From Oceanispirochaeta sp. (GTDB lineage Bacteria > Spirochaetota > Spirochaetia > DSM-2461): a stretch of DNA of 64,000 nucleotides. The translations under genes were made by a program, and so were the position numbers. The notes below the pieces were generated by a model. The model worked only from the letters and a program-made list of their open reading frames with translations. It searched no databases and was not told the origin of the DNA. The stretch lies in the NCBI GenBank assembly GCA_963663385.2, contig CAXXXD010000004.1, positions 960,001-1,024,000 of the forward strand. Reading direction: 5' to 3'. This document shows positions 10,041 through 26,113 of the stretch, one piece after another (positions within the stretch are counted from its first letter, which is position 1; every line of letters begins with the position of its first letter).

Positions 10041-11975
10041 ATGGGACGAATAATAGGAATAGACCTTGGAACAACCAACTCTTGTGTTGCTGTAATGGAA
10101 GGGGGAGAGCCCGTAGTTATCCAGAATGAGGAGGGGCAGAGAACAACTCCTTCCATGGTGGCATTCACTGACAAGGACGAACGCCTTGTGGGGCAGCCTG
10201 CCAAAAACCAGATGGTAACCAACCCCGAACATACTATCTATTCTATCAAGAGATTTATGGGTCGTCACTACAACGAAGTAAGTGAAGAGTTGACCATGAT
10301 TCCCTATCATGTCACTGAAGGTGCCAATGGTGATGTCCGTGTTGATATAAACGGAAAACATCAGTCCCCTCCCGAAATATCTGCAGCGATTCTGCAGAAG
10401 ATGAAAAAAACGGCGGAAGACTATCTGGGTGAGACCGTAACCGAAGCGGTTGTTACCGTTCCGGCTTACTTCAATGACGCACAGAGACAGGCTACCAAAG
10501 ATGCCGGTCGTATTTCCGGTCTTGATGTAAAGAGAATTGTTAATGAGCCAACCGCAGCGGCCCTTTCCTATGGTTTCGGGAAGGAACACAAGGAACAGAA
10601 AATTGCCGTATACGACCTGGGTGGCGGTACTTTCGATATCTCCATCCTGGATATGGCGGAGGGTGTATTCGAAGTACGTTCTACCAATGGCGATACTCAC
10701 CTGGGCGGTGACAACTTTGACCAGAAGGTTATTGACTGGCTGGTTGGGGAATTCAAAAAAGATCAGGGGATTGATCTGTCTCAGGACAGGATGGCTCTGC
10801 AGAGACTGAAGGAGGCTGCGGAAAAGGCCAAAAAAGAGCTGTCTTCCACTCAGACTACGGATATAAACCTGCCCTTTATTACGGCAGATGCATCCGGTCC
10901 CAAACACCTTCAGTACAACCTGACCAGGGCAAAATTTGAACAGATGACTTCAGATCTTGTAGAAAGAACCAAGATCCCCTGTCAGAAAGCTCTGAAAGAT
11001 GCCGGTTATACCGCTGCCGATATTGACGAAGTTATCCTGGTAGGTGGTTCTACAAGAATCCCTGCTGTACAGGCGCTTGTGAAATCCCTGTTTCAGAAGG
11101 AACCCCACAAGGGTGTAAACCCCGATGAAGTTGTAGCCATGGGTGCTGCCATCCAGGGTGGAGTTCTGGGAGGAGATGTAAACGACATTCTTCTGCTGGA
11201 CGTTACGCCCCTTTCTCTTGGAATTGAAACACTGGGAGGTGTGTTTACCAAGCTGATTGAACGGAATACAACTATTCCTACCAAAAAGAGCCAGGTATTC
11301 TCTACTGCTGCGGATAACCAGAATGCCGTATCCATCCATGTAATGCAGGGAGAACGGGAGATGGCTTCCCAGAACAGAACTCTCGGTAAGTTTGACCTGG
11401 TTGGTATTCCTCCTGCACCACGTGGTGTTCCCCAGATCGAAGTAACATTTGATATTGACGCCAACGGTATTGTCCATGTATCCGCCAAGGACCTGGGAAC
11501 AGGTAAGGAGCAGAAAATCCGAATCGAGTCTTCATCCGGTTTGAGCGAAGACGAGATTGACAAGATGGTACGGGAAGCTGAGCAGAATGCCGAAGCGGAT
11601 AGGGCAATCCGGGAAAAAGCGGAAGTCACGAACGAAGCGGACAATCTGATTTATACCACAGAGAAGTCTCTGACCGATTTCGGCGACAAGGTTTCTGCGG
11701 AAGACAAGAGCAAGATCGAAGCTTCCGTGGAAGCTCTGAAAACCGCTGTTCAGGGAGGAGATCTGGAATCTATCAAAGCCAAGGTGGAAGAGCTGAAACA
11801 GGCTTCCTACAAGCTGGCCGAGGAGATGTATAAAGCCCAGGCTGCCGAACAGGGTGGACAGCCAGGCGCAGGCCCCGGACCCGATATGGGCGGCGCTCAG
11901 GATGCGGGCAATGCCTCTTCTGCAGGAAACGATGCGGAGGATGCAGACTACGAAGTTGTAGACGACGATAAATAA
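10041..11975 (+). CDS. dnaK: Chaperone DnaK
   Basis: [25 protein letters not shown] motifs. Confidence 0.99.
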   Translation: MGRIIGIDLGTTNSCVAVMEGGEPVVIQNEEGQRTTPSMVAFTDKDERLVGQPAKNQMVTNPEHTIYSIKRFMGRHYNEVSEELTMIPYHVTEGANGDVRVDINGKHQSPPEISAAILQKMKKTAEDYLGETVTEAVVTVPAYFNDAQRQATKDAGRISGLDVKRIVNEPTAAALSYGFGKEHKEQKIAVYDLGGGTFDISILDMAEGVFEVRSTNGDTHLGGDNFDQKVIDWLVGEFKKDQGIDLSQDRMALQRLKEAAEKAKKELSSTQTTDINLPFITADASGPKHLQYNLTRAKFEQMTSDLVERTKIPCQKALKDAGYTAADIDEVILVGGSTRIPAVQALVKSLFQKEPHKGVNPDEVVAMGAAIQGGVLGGDVNDILLLDVTPLSLGIETLGGVFTKLIERNTTIPTKKSQVFSTAADNQNAVSIHVMQGEREMASQNRTLGKFDLVGIPPAPRGVPQIEVTFDIDANGIVHVSAKDLGTGKEQKIRIESSSGLSEDEIDKMVREAEQNAEADRAIREKAEVTNEADNLIYTTEKSLTDFGDKVSAEDKSKIEASVEALKTAVQGGDLESIKAKVEELKQASYKLAEEMYKAQAAEQGGQPGAGPGPDMGGAQDAGNASSAGNDAEDADYEVVDDDK

Positions 11976-11988
11976 GATAGACTACAAT

Positions 11989-12017
11989 ACAATACCCCCG
12001 TCTGCCGGGGGTATTGT
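11989..12017 (+). terminator. Hairpin between dnaK and dnaJ (terminator or mRNA stabiliser)
   Basis: ACAATACCCCCG-tctgc-CGGGGGTATTGT, perfect 12-bp stem. Confidence 0.7.
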
Positions 12018-12038
12018 TTATAAAGGAAGAGAAGATCC

Positions 12039-13163
12039 GTGTCAAAAAGGGATTATTATGAAGTTCTGGAGATCGAAAAGAACGCTTCTCCGGAGGAAAT
12101 TAAAAAAGCATACAGAAAGCTGGCGATAAAATATCATCCCGATAGGAATCAGAACAGCAAGGACGCCGAGCAGAAGTTCAAGGAAGCTACAGAGGCTTAT
12201 GAGGTTCTGTCGGATGCCCAGAAAAAACAGGCTTACGATCAGTACGGATTCGCTGGTGTGGACAACATGGGCGGACCCGGTTTCAACGCTTCGGCGTTTT
12301 CGGGGTTTGAAGATATTTTCGGCGGTGATTTTTCCGGTATCTTTGATTCTTTTTTCGGCGGCGGCATGGGCGGCCGCAGTTCCGGCGGTCGGCGAGGACC
12401 TGCCAGAGGCAGCGACCTTCGCTATGATCTGGAAGTGGATTTCAAGGATGCCGTATACGGTGATAAAGTAGAGGTGGAATTCTATCGTCAAACCTCCTGT
12501 GGCGTCTGCCACGGTTCGGGCGCTGCATCGGGAACGGGAACCAGAACCTGTCCCACCTGCGGCGGATCGGGTCAGGTAAGACGGAACTCCGGTTTCTTTT
12601 CCATTGCCTCCCCCTGTTCCACCTGTCATGGTGAGGGGACAATTATCGAAAATCCCTGTACTGTCTGTCATGGAAAGGGTGTTGTCAGAGAACGTCAGAA
12701 ACTGAAGGTCACCATCCCTGCCGGTATTGCGCCCGGTAAGAGGATCCGTCTCGACAGTCAGGGGGATGCCGGACCCAAGGGCGGCCCTGCGGGCGATCTT
12801 TATGTGTATGTACACATCAGAGATCATGAGTACTTTGAGAGAGACGGTTACGATCTGTATTGTGCCGTCCCGATCTCCTTTACCCAGGCCGCCATGGGCG
12901 GTGAGGTTTTTGTGCGGACTCTGGATGACAAGAAGATCAAACTGAAAATCGCAGCTGGAACACAGACCGGTAAGGTCCTGCGGATCCGGAACGAAGGTGT
13001 GCCCGTTCTGCATGGTTCCGGTCGGAAGGGCGATATGTATGTAAAACTGCAGATTGTAACGCCTAAAAAGCTGAGCACCAAACAGAAGGACCTGCTGAAG
13101 CAGTTTGCCGATAACTACGGGGTGGAATCTGAACCCGAACCGATTCGTTTGAAGGAACTGTAG
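12039..13163 (+). CDS. dnaJ: Chaperone DnaJ
   Basis: J domain HPD, G/F region, four CxxCxGxG repeats. Confidence 0.99.
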   Translation: MSKRDYYEVLEIEKNASPEEIKKAYRKLAIKYHPDRNQNSKDAEQKFKEATEAYEVLSDAQKKQAYDQYGFAGVDNMGGPGFNASAFSGFEDIFGGDFSGIFDSFFGGGMGGRSSGGRRGPARGSDLRYDLEVDFKDAVYGDKVEVEFYRQTSCGVCHGSGAASGTGTRTCPTCGGSGQVRRNSGFFSIASPCSTCHGEGTIIENPCTVCHGKGVVRERQKLKVTIPAGIAPGKRIRLDSQGDAGPKGGPAGDLYVYVHIRDHEYFERDGYDLYCAVPISFTQAAMGGEVFVRTLDDKKIKLKIAAGTQTGKVLRIRNEGVPVLHGSGRKGDMYVKLQIVTPKKLSTKQKDLLKQFADNYGVESEPEPIRLKEL

Positions 13164-13181
13164 AACAGGATTCTACCGGAT

Positions 13182-13225
13182 AAAAGCCGTCTTGAACGCC
13201 ATTGGTGTAAAGGCGGCTTTTTTTT
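13182..13225 (+). terminator. Rho-independent terminator after dnaJ
   Basis: AAAAGCCGTC...GGCGGCTTTTTTTT stem with U tract. Confidence 0.7.
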
Positions 13226-13858
13226 AAGAACTGCAATCCAAACTCATTCAGCCCGGAGTAAGGCGTTTTAATCATAAACAGCTTACCTGCGTCTGAGCAT
13301 AGGCGCAGCTGTTCATCGCTGCACCCTTTTATTGCACTTGTGATGTAGAGATCTCCCTGACGGGTCAGGCACATGGATGTAGGGGATGGTACGGGAAGAG
13401 TATATTCTCTATCCAGGCAGCCGTCATTTCTGAAGCGGCTGATCCGGAATCCCTGCCAGTGTCCCATCCAGACTCCTCCCCTACCATCCAGTACTATGCC
13501 ATCGGGGTACCCCTTCTCTTCGGGAAGGGATAGGAATACCTCTCCCTGTGAAAAAATCCCTGTTTCTCTGTTATAGCGGTATTTCCGGATACAACTGCCG
13601 AATGTTTCCGCCAGGAAGAAGCTTTCACCATCCGGACTGAAAGGCCATTCCGTTGGGTAGGGCCCGATCGGGCAAACCCGGATCTGACTCCAGTTCAAAA
13701 TTCTCATTAAGCAGAAGTATCCTGTCCTGAAGCGGGCATATCCAGCCCCCGTTCTGCCGGAAACCCAGAGCCCGGGGATGTCCGGGGACCGGGTAGTTTC
13801 TGATTTCACCTGATCGGTTATCAAAGGAGCGGCAGGATGATGGCCAAAGTGGCTCCAT
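13220..13858 (-). pseudogene. SMP-30/gluconolactonase-family pseudogene (frameshift, apparent internal deletion)
   Basis: LPNGMAF in one frame continues as FSPDG..YPDGIVLDGRGGVW..PTSMC..LYITSA in another, junction near 13640; N-terminal half too short. Confidence 0.8.
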
Positions 13859-14392
13859 GGATGATGCTACTCCCATCCCGGGAATTGCCCCCCCCAGGGG
13901 TCTTTCCAGTGATGAAATCCTGAGTATGGAAGACCTTCCTGTCAGTATGACTATTATTGGCGGTGGCGTAATCGGCGTGGAGATGGCACTGATTTTTCTC
14001 TCTTTCGGTGTAAAAATCAATGTGGTGGAAATGGAAACCCGTCTTCTGCCTTTTATGGATAAATCCATATCCGTCTTTATTGAAAAACTACTAAAAAGAG
14101 AAGGGCGCCGGGATCTATACCGGTGTCCGTCTGGATAAGATCTGCGATACGGGAAAATCTGGTCCTGGATCTCTCCACGGGAGATAAGCTGGAATCGGAA
14201 AAGCCTCTCCTGTCCATAGGCTGTATACCGGATCTGAGTGTGCCGGGTGTTATGGATATTAAAACAGAAATAGAGAGCATTCTGGTTGATGAATATCAAA
14301 AGACCAGAATTGACGGTATCTATGCCGCCGGTGATATCACCGGTCAGAAGATGCTGGCCCATGCTGTACTCATCTGCCGAAGAAAAAAGTAA
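13857..14392 (+). pseudogene. Dihydrolipoamide dehydrogenase-like fragment, frameshifted
   Basis: IIGGGVIGVEMA in ORF 13857-14138 and GIYAAGDITGQKMLAHA in ORF 14123-14392; no N-terminal FAD/CxxxxC region or interface domain. Confidence 0.8.
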
Positions 14393-14547
14393 AATCGGCT
14401 GTCTGATCCTTAAAAAGAACTGTTTTGATTTGATAGGGCCATCTGCTGGACTCCGGTTCAATGGATGGCCCTCTTTTTTTTGACGGTTTAAAGAGAATTG
14501 TCTTTGCCTTGATACTATGCTATCTTTTGACTGATTGGGAGCTTTGA

Positions 14548-14892
14548 GTGATTCAGAAAGATCGGAATTTTCTAATTGAGGTTGCAAAAAAATACTATTT
14601 CGATGGTTGTTCGCAACAGGAAATAGCTAAGTATTATAATATCTCACGACCCAGCGTTTCAAATATCCTGAAACAGTGCAAGGAAGAGAAAATTGTCGAA
14701 ATCCGTATTCAGGAGAGCGAATCCTCACTGGTGCGGGCATTGGGTGAAAGGCTGAAAAATATTCCGGAGGTAATCGGAGTGGCGTGCGGTTCGGAAAAAG
14801 CCGATGCCATATCGGGAGCTATCAATGGCGGCCTTGTGAATTCCATAGTCACCGATGAGAATACAGCACTTCGAATCCTGAGCCGTTCATGA
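14548..14892 (+). pseudogene. SorC/DeoR(LsrR)-type sugar-binding regulator with internal deletion
   Basis: N-terminal HTH (YYFDGCSQQEIAKYYNISRPSVS) joined directly to the family C-terminus (VIGVACGSEKADAI..IVTDENTA); 114 aa versus about 310 typical. Confidence 0.8.
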
Positions 14893-14903
14893 TAATATAA
14901 CCC

Positions 14904-16751
14904 ATGCCGAAAATCCCCGAAACAATCGGAAAATATAAAATTCTCTCCTGCCTGGGAGAAGGCGGCACCAGTATCGTGTACTCTGCTACCCATCCCACTC
15001 TCAAGCGGAAGGTTGTCCTGAAAAAACTGAATCTCCGTGGAAACCGGCAGCATTACGAGCGTTTCCGGCAGGAAGCCGCTCTGATGATGGATCTGAATCA
15101 TGATAACATCGTCCGGGTTTATGATCATTTTAAAGAGGGGAGCAAGCACTATATTGTCATGGAATTTGTGGAAGGCTGTTCCCTTGATACGATTCTGAAA
15201 AAAGGCGGTCCTCTGCCTCCCGGTGCCGCACGTTATGTGCTGGAAAGCTGCTGTCGGGCACTGGCTTATATTCATTCCAGAAATATCATTCACAGGGATA
15301 TTAAACCCTCCAATATATTTATCTCTGCTACAGGGGATGTCAAGCTGGGAGACTTCGGAATAGCCCAGCTGGAGAGTGCAAACGAATCCAGCGGTGAGTT
15401 TGTGCCGATCGGGACTCCATCCTATATGGCGCCGGAACAGTTTCTGCCCCATGCCAAAATCAGCAGCAGGACAGATATCTATGCCCTGGGGGTGACGCTT
15501 TATGAAATTCTTACAGGTAAAAAACTCTTTGACGGGGAAACTCTGGATGAATTGAAAAGGAACATTCTCCGATCGCACCATCCCTCTCTTTTTTCACTGG
15601 TTCCATCTATGGGGATTGTTCTATATCGGATTGTGGCAAAAAGTACCCGTAAAAGACCTGGTTTCCGATATGCTGCAGTTATGCCGGTCCGGAAACTGTT
15701 GAGGTTTGTGGCGCCAAAAGTAAAAAATCCGGATGCCGTCGCTGTCCTGCAGGTGCTGGCAGGGGCGGCAGGAGGAGGGAGTGTTTCCAGTAAGAAGAAA
15801 CCCTTACCGTCTCATCCTTCGATTCCCCATAAAGGAACCAGGTCTGTAAACACCCTGATTCTGATTCTTTTTTCTGTTGCTGTTTTGGCAGGTACATCTC
15901 TGTTCTTTGTCAGAACCGGAGCATTCTATCGAACCTTCTATTCCCGAAGCAAAGGGGCTCTTCAGATTCAGGTGCTTTCCGGTGATGAGTCATTTCCTCA
16001 TACGGGAGACTTGAACCTCTATAGGGATAAAGTGCGATATCTGGAGCCCATTCGGACATTGGACCTGTCAGAAAACAGGGGGTTTTCTGATATCTTCTAT
16101 CTTGATACCGGGAATTACCGGATTATGGTCCGCTGGGGGAGTCAGGTGGAGTGGATACTGTTCTACCTCCCTCCTATGGCACATCAGAAAGATGTGTTGA
16201 TTCTGGATGTGAACAGTCCGGTCATCCCCCGGAAGCCCCTGATCGTTCAAACCTGTATAAGCAATGCCATGACCAATCAGGATCTTGGTGAAAACTCTGT
16301 TGTTTCTGTCCAGTTCGAGGACGGCAAATGGTCTGAGTTGAAAAACCAGGAACTCGAAACCGGCCATGCCTACCGGTTGAAAGTAGAGTGCCCGGGCTTT
16401 TATCCGCGTTATCTGAATACTCCGTTGCAGTTTTATCAGGACAGGCTGGATCTGCAGGTTCAGATGATACCCCTGCCTGGTGTATTAAAAGTTGCTAATA
16501 GTGCGGATCGTTTGACTCTGCTTGTTAATGGAGAGAAATATCTGCCCGGAGGCGGAGAAAATCGTGATATCGTCAAATTCGGCAGAATCGAAGAGGGCGC
16601 CTGGGAGTGGGTGCTTTCCCCGGGTGTGTATAATCTGAGATGGAAAAGCGGAGAATCTGTCGTGGAAGAATCGCTTTCTGTTGAAACTTCCGGGATTTAT
16701 GAATACTCACTTCGTAAAATTGATGATAGACTCATTGTCGAGTCTGATTAA
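14904..16751 (+). CDS. Hanks-type Ser/Thr protein kinase, membrane-anchored, with beta-rich extracytoplasmic domain
   Basis: LGEGG, HRDIKPSN, DFG, GTPSYMAPE; TM near aa 320. Confidence 0.93.
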   Translation: MPKIPETIGKYKILSCLGEGGTSIVYSATHPTLKRKVVLKKLNLRGNRQHYERFRQEAALMMDLNHDNIVRVYDHFKEGSKHYIVMEFVEGCSLDTILKKGGPLPPGAARYVLESCCRALAYIHSRNIIHRDIKPSNIFISATGDVKLGDFGIAQLESANESSGEFVPIGTPSYMAPEQFLPHAKISSRTDIYALGVTLYEILTGKKLFDGETLDELKRNILRSHHPSLFSLVPSMGIVLYRIVAKSTRKRPGFRYAAVMPVRKLLRFVAPKVKNPDAVAVLQVLAGAAGGGSVSSKKKPLPSHPSIPHKGTRSVNTLILILFSVAVLAGTSLFFVRTGAFYRTFYSRSKGALQIQVLSGDESFPHTGDLNLYRDKVRYLEPIRTLDLSENRGFSDIFYLDTGNYRIMVRWGSQVEWILFYLPPMAHQKDVLILDVNSPVIPRKPLIVQTCISNAMTNQDLGENSVVSVQFEDGKWSELKNQELETGHAYRLKVECPGFYPRYLNTPLQFYQDRLDLQVQMIPLPGVLKVANSADRLTLLVNGEKYLPGGGENRDIVKFGRIEEGAWEWVLSPGVYNLRWKSGESVVEESLSVETSGIYEYSLRKIDDRLIVESD

Positions 16752-16775
16752 AAAATCTAGAAAATTGGAATAACC

Positions 16776-17462
16776 ATGGAGCATAAAAAAGTTATAGTCC
16801 CTATGATCTCATCTGTTTTTCCGGAACTGCTGAGTCCGGAAGAACTTGAAGCATTTAATCTGCAGTTTGATCAGTTGGGGCGGCCCCTGTCTGTAGACTA
16901 TCGTTCCTGGTCGGAATACCCGGACAGACCGGAAGTTTCTCTTCGAATTGCCTGCAGCAGCGAGTATCTGTTTGTAAAGTTTTATGTAAAGGAAAGGGAG
17001 ATCCTGGGGCGGTATGAGAACGATAATGAACCTGTGTATCTGGACAGCTGTGTTGAGGTTTTTCTCTCTCCCGACGGAACAGGTTACTATTATAATTTTG
17101 AATTCAACTGTCTTGGGAGCTGCCTGGCTCAGGTCGGGCAGAACCGTCAGAATCGCGAAGCTCTGGATCCGGTACTTCTGGAAAAGATTGTAAGGGTGCC
17201 TTCACTTGGACATAAAACATGTCATATCCGGAATGAGGGGCCCCTTGCTGAAGCCGAGCCCTGGAACCTGCTTGTCGCTATTCCTCTTTCCTGCTTTATA
17301 AAGGATGATATCGACAGCTTTAAAGGGCAGAAATTCAGGGGGAACTTTTACAAATGCGGGGATGACCTTTCGATTCCCCATTATCTGAGCTGGAACAGGA
17401 TTGAAACAGAGTTTCCGGATTTCCACCGGCCTGAGTACTTTGGGGAAGTCTGGATTAACTAG
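16776..17462 (+). CDS. Carbohydrate-binding family 9-like protein
   Basis: DSCVEVF, YYNFEFN, GNFYKCGD, PDFHRPEYFG motifs. Confidence 0.85.
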   Translation: MEHKKVIVPMISSVFPELLSPEELEAFNLQFDQLGRPLSVDYRSWSEYPDRPEVSLRIACSSEYLFVKFYVKEREILGRYENDNEPVYLDSCVEVFLSPDGTGYYYNFEFNCLGSCLAQVGQNRQNREALDPVLLEKIVRVPSLGHKTCHIRNEGPLAEAEPWNLLVAIPLSCFIKDDIDSFKGQKFRGNFYKCGDDLSIPHYLSWNRIETEFPDFHRPEYFGEVWIN

Positions 17463-17911
17463 ATCCTGTATTTTGAATCAATTGTAATTGTAACAGGGCC
17501 GTCATTGATCAGGGCTACTTCCATATGAGCTCCGAACAGGCCCGTTTCGACTCTGCCGTTCATCAGTTTATCCATAGTCTGAACAAACTGGTCAAAGAGA
17601 GGGATTGCTGTCTCGGGAGGAGCCGACAGGCTGAAGGAGGGGCGGTTCCCTTTTTTTGTACTGGCAAACAGGGTAAACTGGCTTATTAGAAGAACCTCTC
17701 CCTCTATATCCTGAACGGAAAGGTTCATCTTGTCTTCGCTGTCTGTAAAAATCCGCATTCCGCTTATTTTACGGGAGAGCCACAGGATATCTTCTTCCGT
17801 GTCGTCGGGAGAAATTCCCAGCAGGACAAGCAGGCCTTTCTCTATGCTGCGTCTTTCCCCGCCATTAATGACAACTGAAGCTTCGCTGACTCTCTGAAGA
17901 ACTGCTTTCAA
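17459..17911 (-). CDS. dtd: D-aminoacyl-tRNA deacylase
   Basis: MKAVLQRV, SQFTL, NDGPVT motifs. Confidence 0.97.
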   Translation of the reverse strand: MKAVLQRVSEASVVINGGERRSIEKGLLVLLGISPDDTEEDILWLSRKISGMRIFTDSEDKMNLSVQDIEGEVLLISQFTLFASTKKGNRPSFSLSAPPETAIPLFDQFVQTMDKLMNGRVETGLFGAHMEVALINDGPVTITIDSKYRI

Positions 17912-17919
17912 AGCGGTCT

Positions 17920-18294
17920 CTACTTTATTGCAACAGCTTCGATCTCTATTTCGCCATCCAGGGGGAGCCTGGCTGCCTGTACAAGGGAACGTGCCGGTTT
18001 GTGATCGGAAAAGAAACGGGCGTATACTTCATTTATTTTTCCAAAATTATCCATGTCCTTGACAAAAACGGTTACTTTAACAACTTTTGCCAGACAGCTT
18101 CCTGCTTCTTCCAATACAGCTTTAACATTATTTAATGCCTGTTCTGTCTGTTTTTGAATGTCCCCTGTCAAGAGCTTTCCGGTGGCTGGGTCTATGGGAA
18201 GCTGACCGGAGGTAAATACCAGGCTTCCGGTATCAATCCCCTGGGAATACTGTCCTACCGCCGAAGGGGCTTTGTCTGTAGATACGGGTTTCAT
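17920..18294 (-). CDS. ridA: RidA/YjgF enamine deaminase
   Basis: AVGQYSQG, FTSGQLP, PARS, IEIEAVA; start placed at MKPV after a GGAG RBS. Confidence 0.92.
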   Translation of the reverse strand: MKPVSTDKAPSAVGQYSQGIDTGSLVFTSGQLPIDPATGKLLTGDIQKQTEQALNNVKAVLEEAGSCLAKVVKVTVFVKDMDNFGKINEVYARFFSDHKPARSLVQAARLPLDGEIEIEAVAIK

Positions 18295-18421
18295 ATGAAT
18301 TCTCCTTGCTGATTCCTCTCTGAACAGAGGCATCAAGTGGAAATTAATCTATCATTTCCTGTTTAAAAAAGCAAATACGTCAATTGACACTGTTCGACTT
18401 TCCGGGGAATAATTTAGGCCC

Positions 18422-20044
18422 ATGAAGAAGTACATTTTTGTTACCGGCGGAGTCTGTTCCAGTCTTGGAAAAGGTTTGGCCTCCGCCTCCTTGGGAACTT
18501 TGTTGGAAAGCCGCGGCTTTTCTGTCTGTATGATAAAAATTGATCCGTATATTAATGTTGACGCTGGCACAATGAGCCCCTATCAGCACGGGGAAGTATA
18601 TGTAACCGATGATGGCGCTGAAACTGATCTGGATCTGGGGAATTATGCACGGTTCACCAACTCTCCCCTCAGTGCGGCCCACTCCATCACTACCGGTCAG
18701 ATTTACGATACGGTTATCCGGAAAGAGCGGGAAGGAAAATTTCTCGGCAAGTGTGTTCAGGTTGTTCCGCATATTACTGACGAAATTAAAAGACGGATTA
18801 TCTCACTGGGTGAAAAACCTGAGATTGATGTAACCATAGTTGAGATCGGCGGAACTGTCGGGGATATTGAATCCATCCCCTACCTGGAAGCTGTTCGGCA
18901 GATCATTCATGAGAAAGGTCATGAAAATGCTCTTTCCGTTCATCTGACACTCGTTCCGACTGTAACTGGCGGGGAAGTGAAGACTAAACCCACTCAACAC
19001 TCTGTTAAGGATATGCGGGAAATCGGTATTCAACCAGATGTTCTTCTGTGCCGCTGTCAGGAAGAACTTCCTGCTGATCTTAAACGAAAAATAGCCCTGT
19101 TTACCAATATCGATTTTGACTGTGTTCTATCTGCTCATGATGTGGATACTACTATCTATGAAATCCCTGTAGTGTATCATGCTCAGGGAATGGATGAAGT
19201 CGTATGCCGAAAGATGGGCATACGGGGACGGAAGTCTCGTATCTCTGCATGGGAGAAGATGGCTGATATTCATAAGAATGCGGATCAGGCTGCGAAAATA
19301 GCTATGGTTGGCAAGTATATTGAGCTGGGTGATGCCTATAAATCTGTGGATGAAGCTCTTGTTCATGGCGCATTGTCGAATAAGGTCCGTCTGGATCTGG
19401 AAAAAATCGATTCAGAATTGATTGAGAAAAAAATTGCTGCCGGGGAAGACCTTTCTGAAGTATTCAACGGTTTTGACGGAATTCTTATTCCCGGAGGATT
19501 CGGTTCCCGCGGAATATTGGGGATGGTTCAGGCAGCACAGTATGCCCGTGAAAACAAAATACCCTGTCTGGGAATCTGTCTGGGGCTTCAGATTATGGTT
19601 ATTGAATATAGCCGGAATGTGCTGGGCATTGCCGATGCAGACAGTTCAGAATTCCGTCCCGAGGGTGATAATTCTGTTGTTTCTCTTCTGGAAGAACAGG
19701 TTGATGTTACAGCTTATGGCGGGACTATGCGGCTGGGACTTAGTGAATCTGTTGTTAAAGAAGGAACAAATATAAATAAAGCTTATGGCAGTACATCCAT
19801 ATTTGAAAGGCATCGGCATCGTTATGAGGTCTCCAATACCTATAGGGAAAGACTGGCGGAGGCCGGGCTGATCATTTCGGGTACTACTTCCGACAAGTCC
19901 CTGGTTGAATCCGTCGAGTGGCCGGATCACCCATGGAGTGTCGGGGTTCAGTTTCATCCGGAGTTTTGTTCTTCCCCTTTGAAACCGGGGCCTCTATTCA
20001 GGGATTTTATCTACCATAGTTTAAAGAACAGTAATAAAATCTGA
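18422..20044 (+). CDS. pyrG: CTP synthase
   Basis: TGGVCSSLGKG, KTKPTQHSV, GICLGLQ, QFHPEF. Confidence 0.99.
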   Translation: MKKYIFVTGGVCSSLGKGLASASLGTLLESRGFSVCMIKIDPYINVDAGTMSPYQHGEVYVTDDGAETDLDLGNYARFTNSPLSAAHSITTGQIYDTVIRKEREGKFLGKCVQVVPHITDEIKRRIISLGEKPEIDVTIVEIGGTVGDIESIPYLEAVRQIIHEKGHENALSVHLTLVPTVTGGEVKTKPTQHSVKDMREIGIQPDVLLCRCQEELPADLKRKIALFTNIDFDCVLSAHDVDTTIYEIPVVYHAQGMDEVVCRKMGIRGRKSRISAWEKMADIHKNADQAAKIAMVGKYIELGDAYKSVDEALVHGALSNKVRLDLEKIDSELIEKKIAAGEDLSEVFNGFDGILIPGGFGSRGILGMVQAAQYARENKIPCLGICLGLQIMVIEYSRNVLGIADADSSEFRPEGDNSVVSLLEEQVDVTAYGGTMRLGLSESVVKEGTNINKAYGSTSIFERHRHRYEVSNTYRERLAEAGLIISGTTSDKSLVESVEWPDHPWSVGVQFHPEFCSSPLKPGPLFRDFIYHSLKNSNKI

Positions 20045-20065
20045 TTTTATCCGTTTGCAGTTTCA

Positions 20066-20095
20066 GGGCTGATTCCCAGGGGAGTCAGCCTTTTT
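20066..20095 (+). terminator. Terminator after pyrG
   Basis: GGCTGATTCC..GGAGTCAGCC followed by TTTTT. Confidence 0.75.
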
Positions 20096-20319
20096 CTTTA
20101 TAAGGTAAAACAGATTGAATCGAAATCTTCCATTTCTGAAAAAGCGTAAGGAAGGTAATTTTTTTATATCCATTCTCATTATCTGTCAGGTATAGGTTGT
20201 GATAGTTGGACGGTCGCTGATAAACAGAAAAAAACAATAAGTTTAAACTGTTTAATTATTGTATTGTAATAGTTTAAGTATTTCTGGCCTATTTTAAAGA
20301 TATTTTTTTTAATATTCGG

Positions 20320-20406
20320 TTGACAAAAAAGCGCGATAAGTTATATATTCACGGAGCGCTCGGGGCGATAAGCTGCGAACCGCACAGAACTAAATGTTCT
20401 TTTACA
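20320..20406 (+). promoter_or_regulatory. rrn operon 1 sigma70 promoter and boxA-like antitermination site
   Basis: TTGACA 20320-20325, TATATT 20344-20349, AT-rich upstream; TGTTCTTTACAA at about 20395-20406. Confidence 0.65.
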
Positions 20407-20669
20407 AAGGAATTAGAGAAGGGAAATTGAAGTATTTGACGAGAGTCAAGACTGCTGCGTACCGGAGGCCCGAAGGGCTGAGGAACGCAGTAACTGGTAG
20501 AAATGTTCAAATCTTGAAACTTTACGGTTGAAGGGTTTGTCCTAGACGTTAGTTTTCTTTAGAGATAAAGGGACTGACTTTCGCTTTTAGCTGTTCAGGA
20601 TGATTACATCCGCTTTGCAATGGCTGAGGGTTTTGGTAGAAAGTTATCCACCTTGTGTGGATAAATTAT

Positions 20670-22211
<1,542 letters not shown>

Positions 22212-22408
22212 AGCGTGAAAGGTATAAGTCTTGAGGTTTGTACGCCTTGAGCAGTGAGTCACTATTTATAGTGCCTATCAGTAGTTACGTTCCTCGGTCT
22301 TTGACCTGTGGTACGTAACTTGCTTGATTCTCGTCAACTACTTCTAATTTCCCGTCAGATAATTCCTTAAAGGGCTTTAGGCGATTTGAGTTTAAGGCCA
22401 AACAATTA

Positions 22409-22482
<74 letters not shown>

Positions 22483-22616
22483 TAAAATTAAGTTTGTATC
22501 TTGAACAGGATCAAACTTTTTTTACGCCGAATTGCTTGCAGTGAGGCGGGAGATGCGGGAGGCTTTACTCTTGCGGATCTTTGAAAAGGTAATAGCGAAG
22601 GGATAAATAATAATAT

Positions 22617-25541
<2,925 letters not shown>

Positions 25542-25647
25542 TATTATTATTTATCTCTTCGTTTACAACGATAGGATTGAAAATTGATAAATCTAATTTG
25601 AAGTCCTTGACATAAAGTGATGTTACTCAGTAGAGTGATTATCGCAA

Positions 25648-25756
<109 letters not shown>

Positions 25757-25761
25757 TATCT

Positions 25762-25790
25762 GCCCCTTGCAAATCAGCAAGGGGCTTTTT
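25762..25790 (+). terminator. rrn operon 1 terminator
   Basis: GCCCCTTGC-aaatca-GCAAGGGGC-TTTTT. Confidence 0.85.
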
Positions 25791-26083
25791 AAAGCACATA
25801 ATCGTCAATTTTTTTACTGACCTGATAAAGTAGTATTACAGGTTGGTTTATCTTTTGATTTTCACTTTGATTTTTCCGTCATTAACAGAAAAATGTTAAC
25901 TGGAAAAAGTTGTTTCCAGTTTTAATCTGGATTTTGCTTTAAAAAAAAGAAATATGTAAAAAAATCCTGAAAAGGGTTTACATAAAAGATGATATCGAAT
26001 AGTATCATCCTCACGCCCGTCAAACAGGCGTGAATGACTAAATAACGGCATAGAAAAGAATTAAAATATTTTCTAAAATGCTG

Positions 26084-26113
26084 TTGACAAGAAACAGCAT
26101 ATACTGCTATAAC
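26084..26113 (+). promoter_or_regulatory. rrn operon 2 sigma70 promoter
   Basis: TTGACA 26084-26089, TATAAC 26108-26113; boxA-like GCTCTTTTAAA downstream. Confidence 0.65.

Noticed and set aside
13625..14587. 320-aa minus-strand ORF as a real gene
   Set aside because: Only its last ~77 aa are lactonase-like; the rest is the antisense of the lpd fragment.
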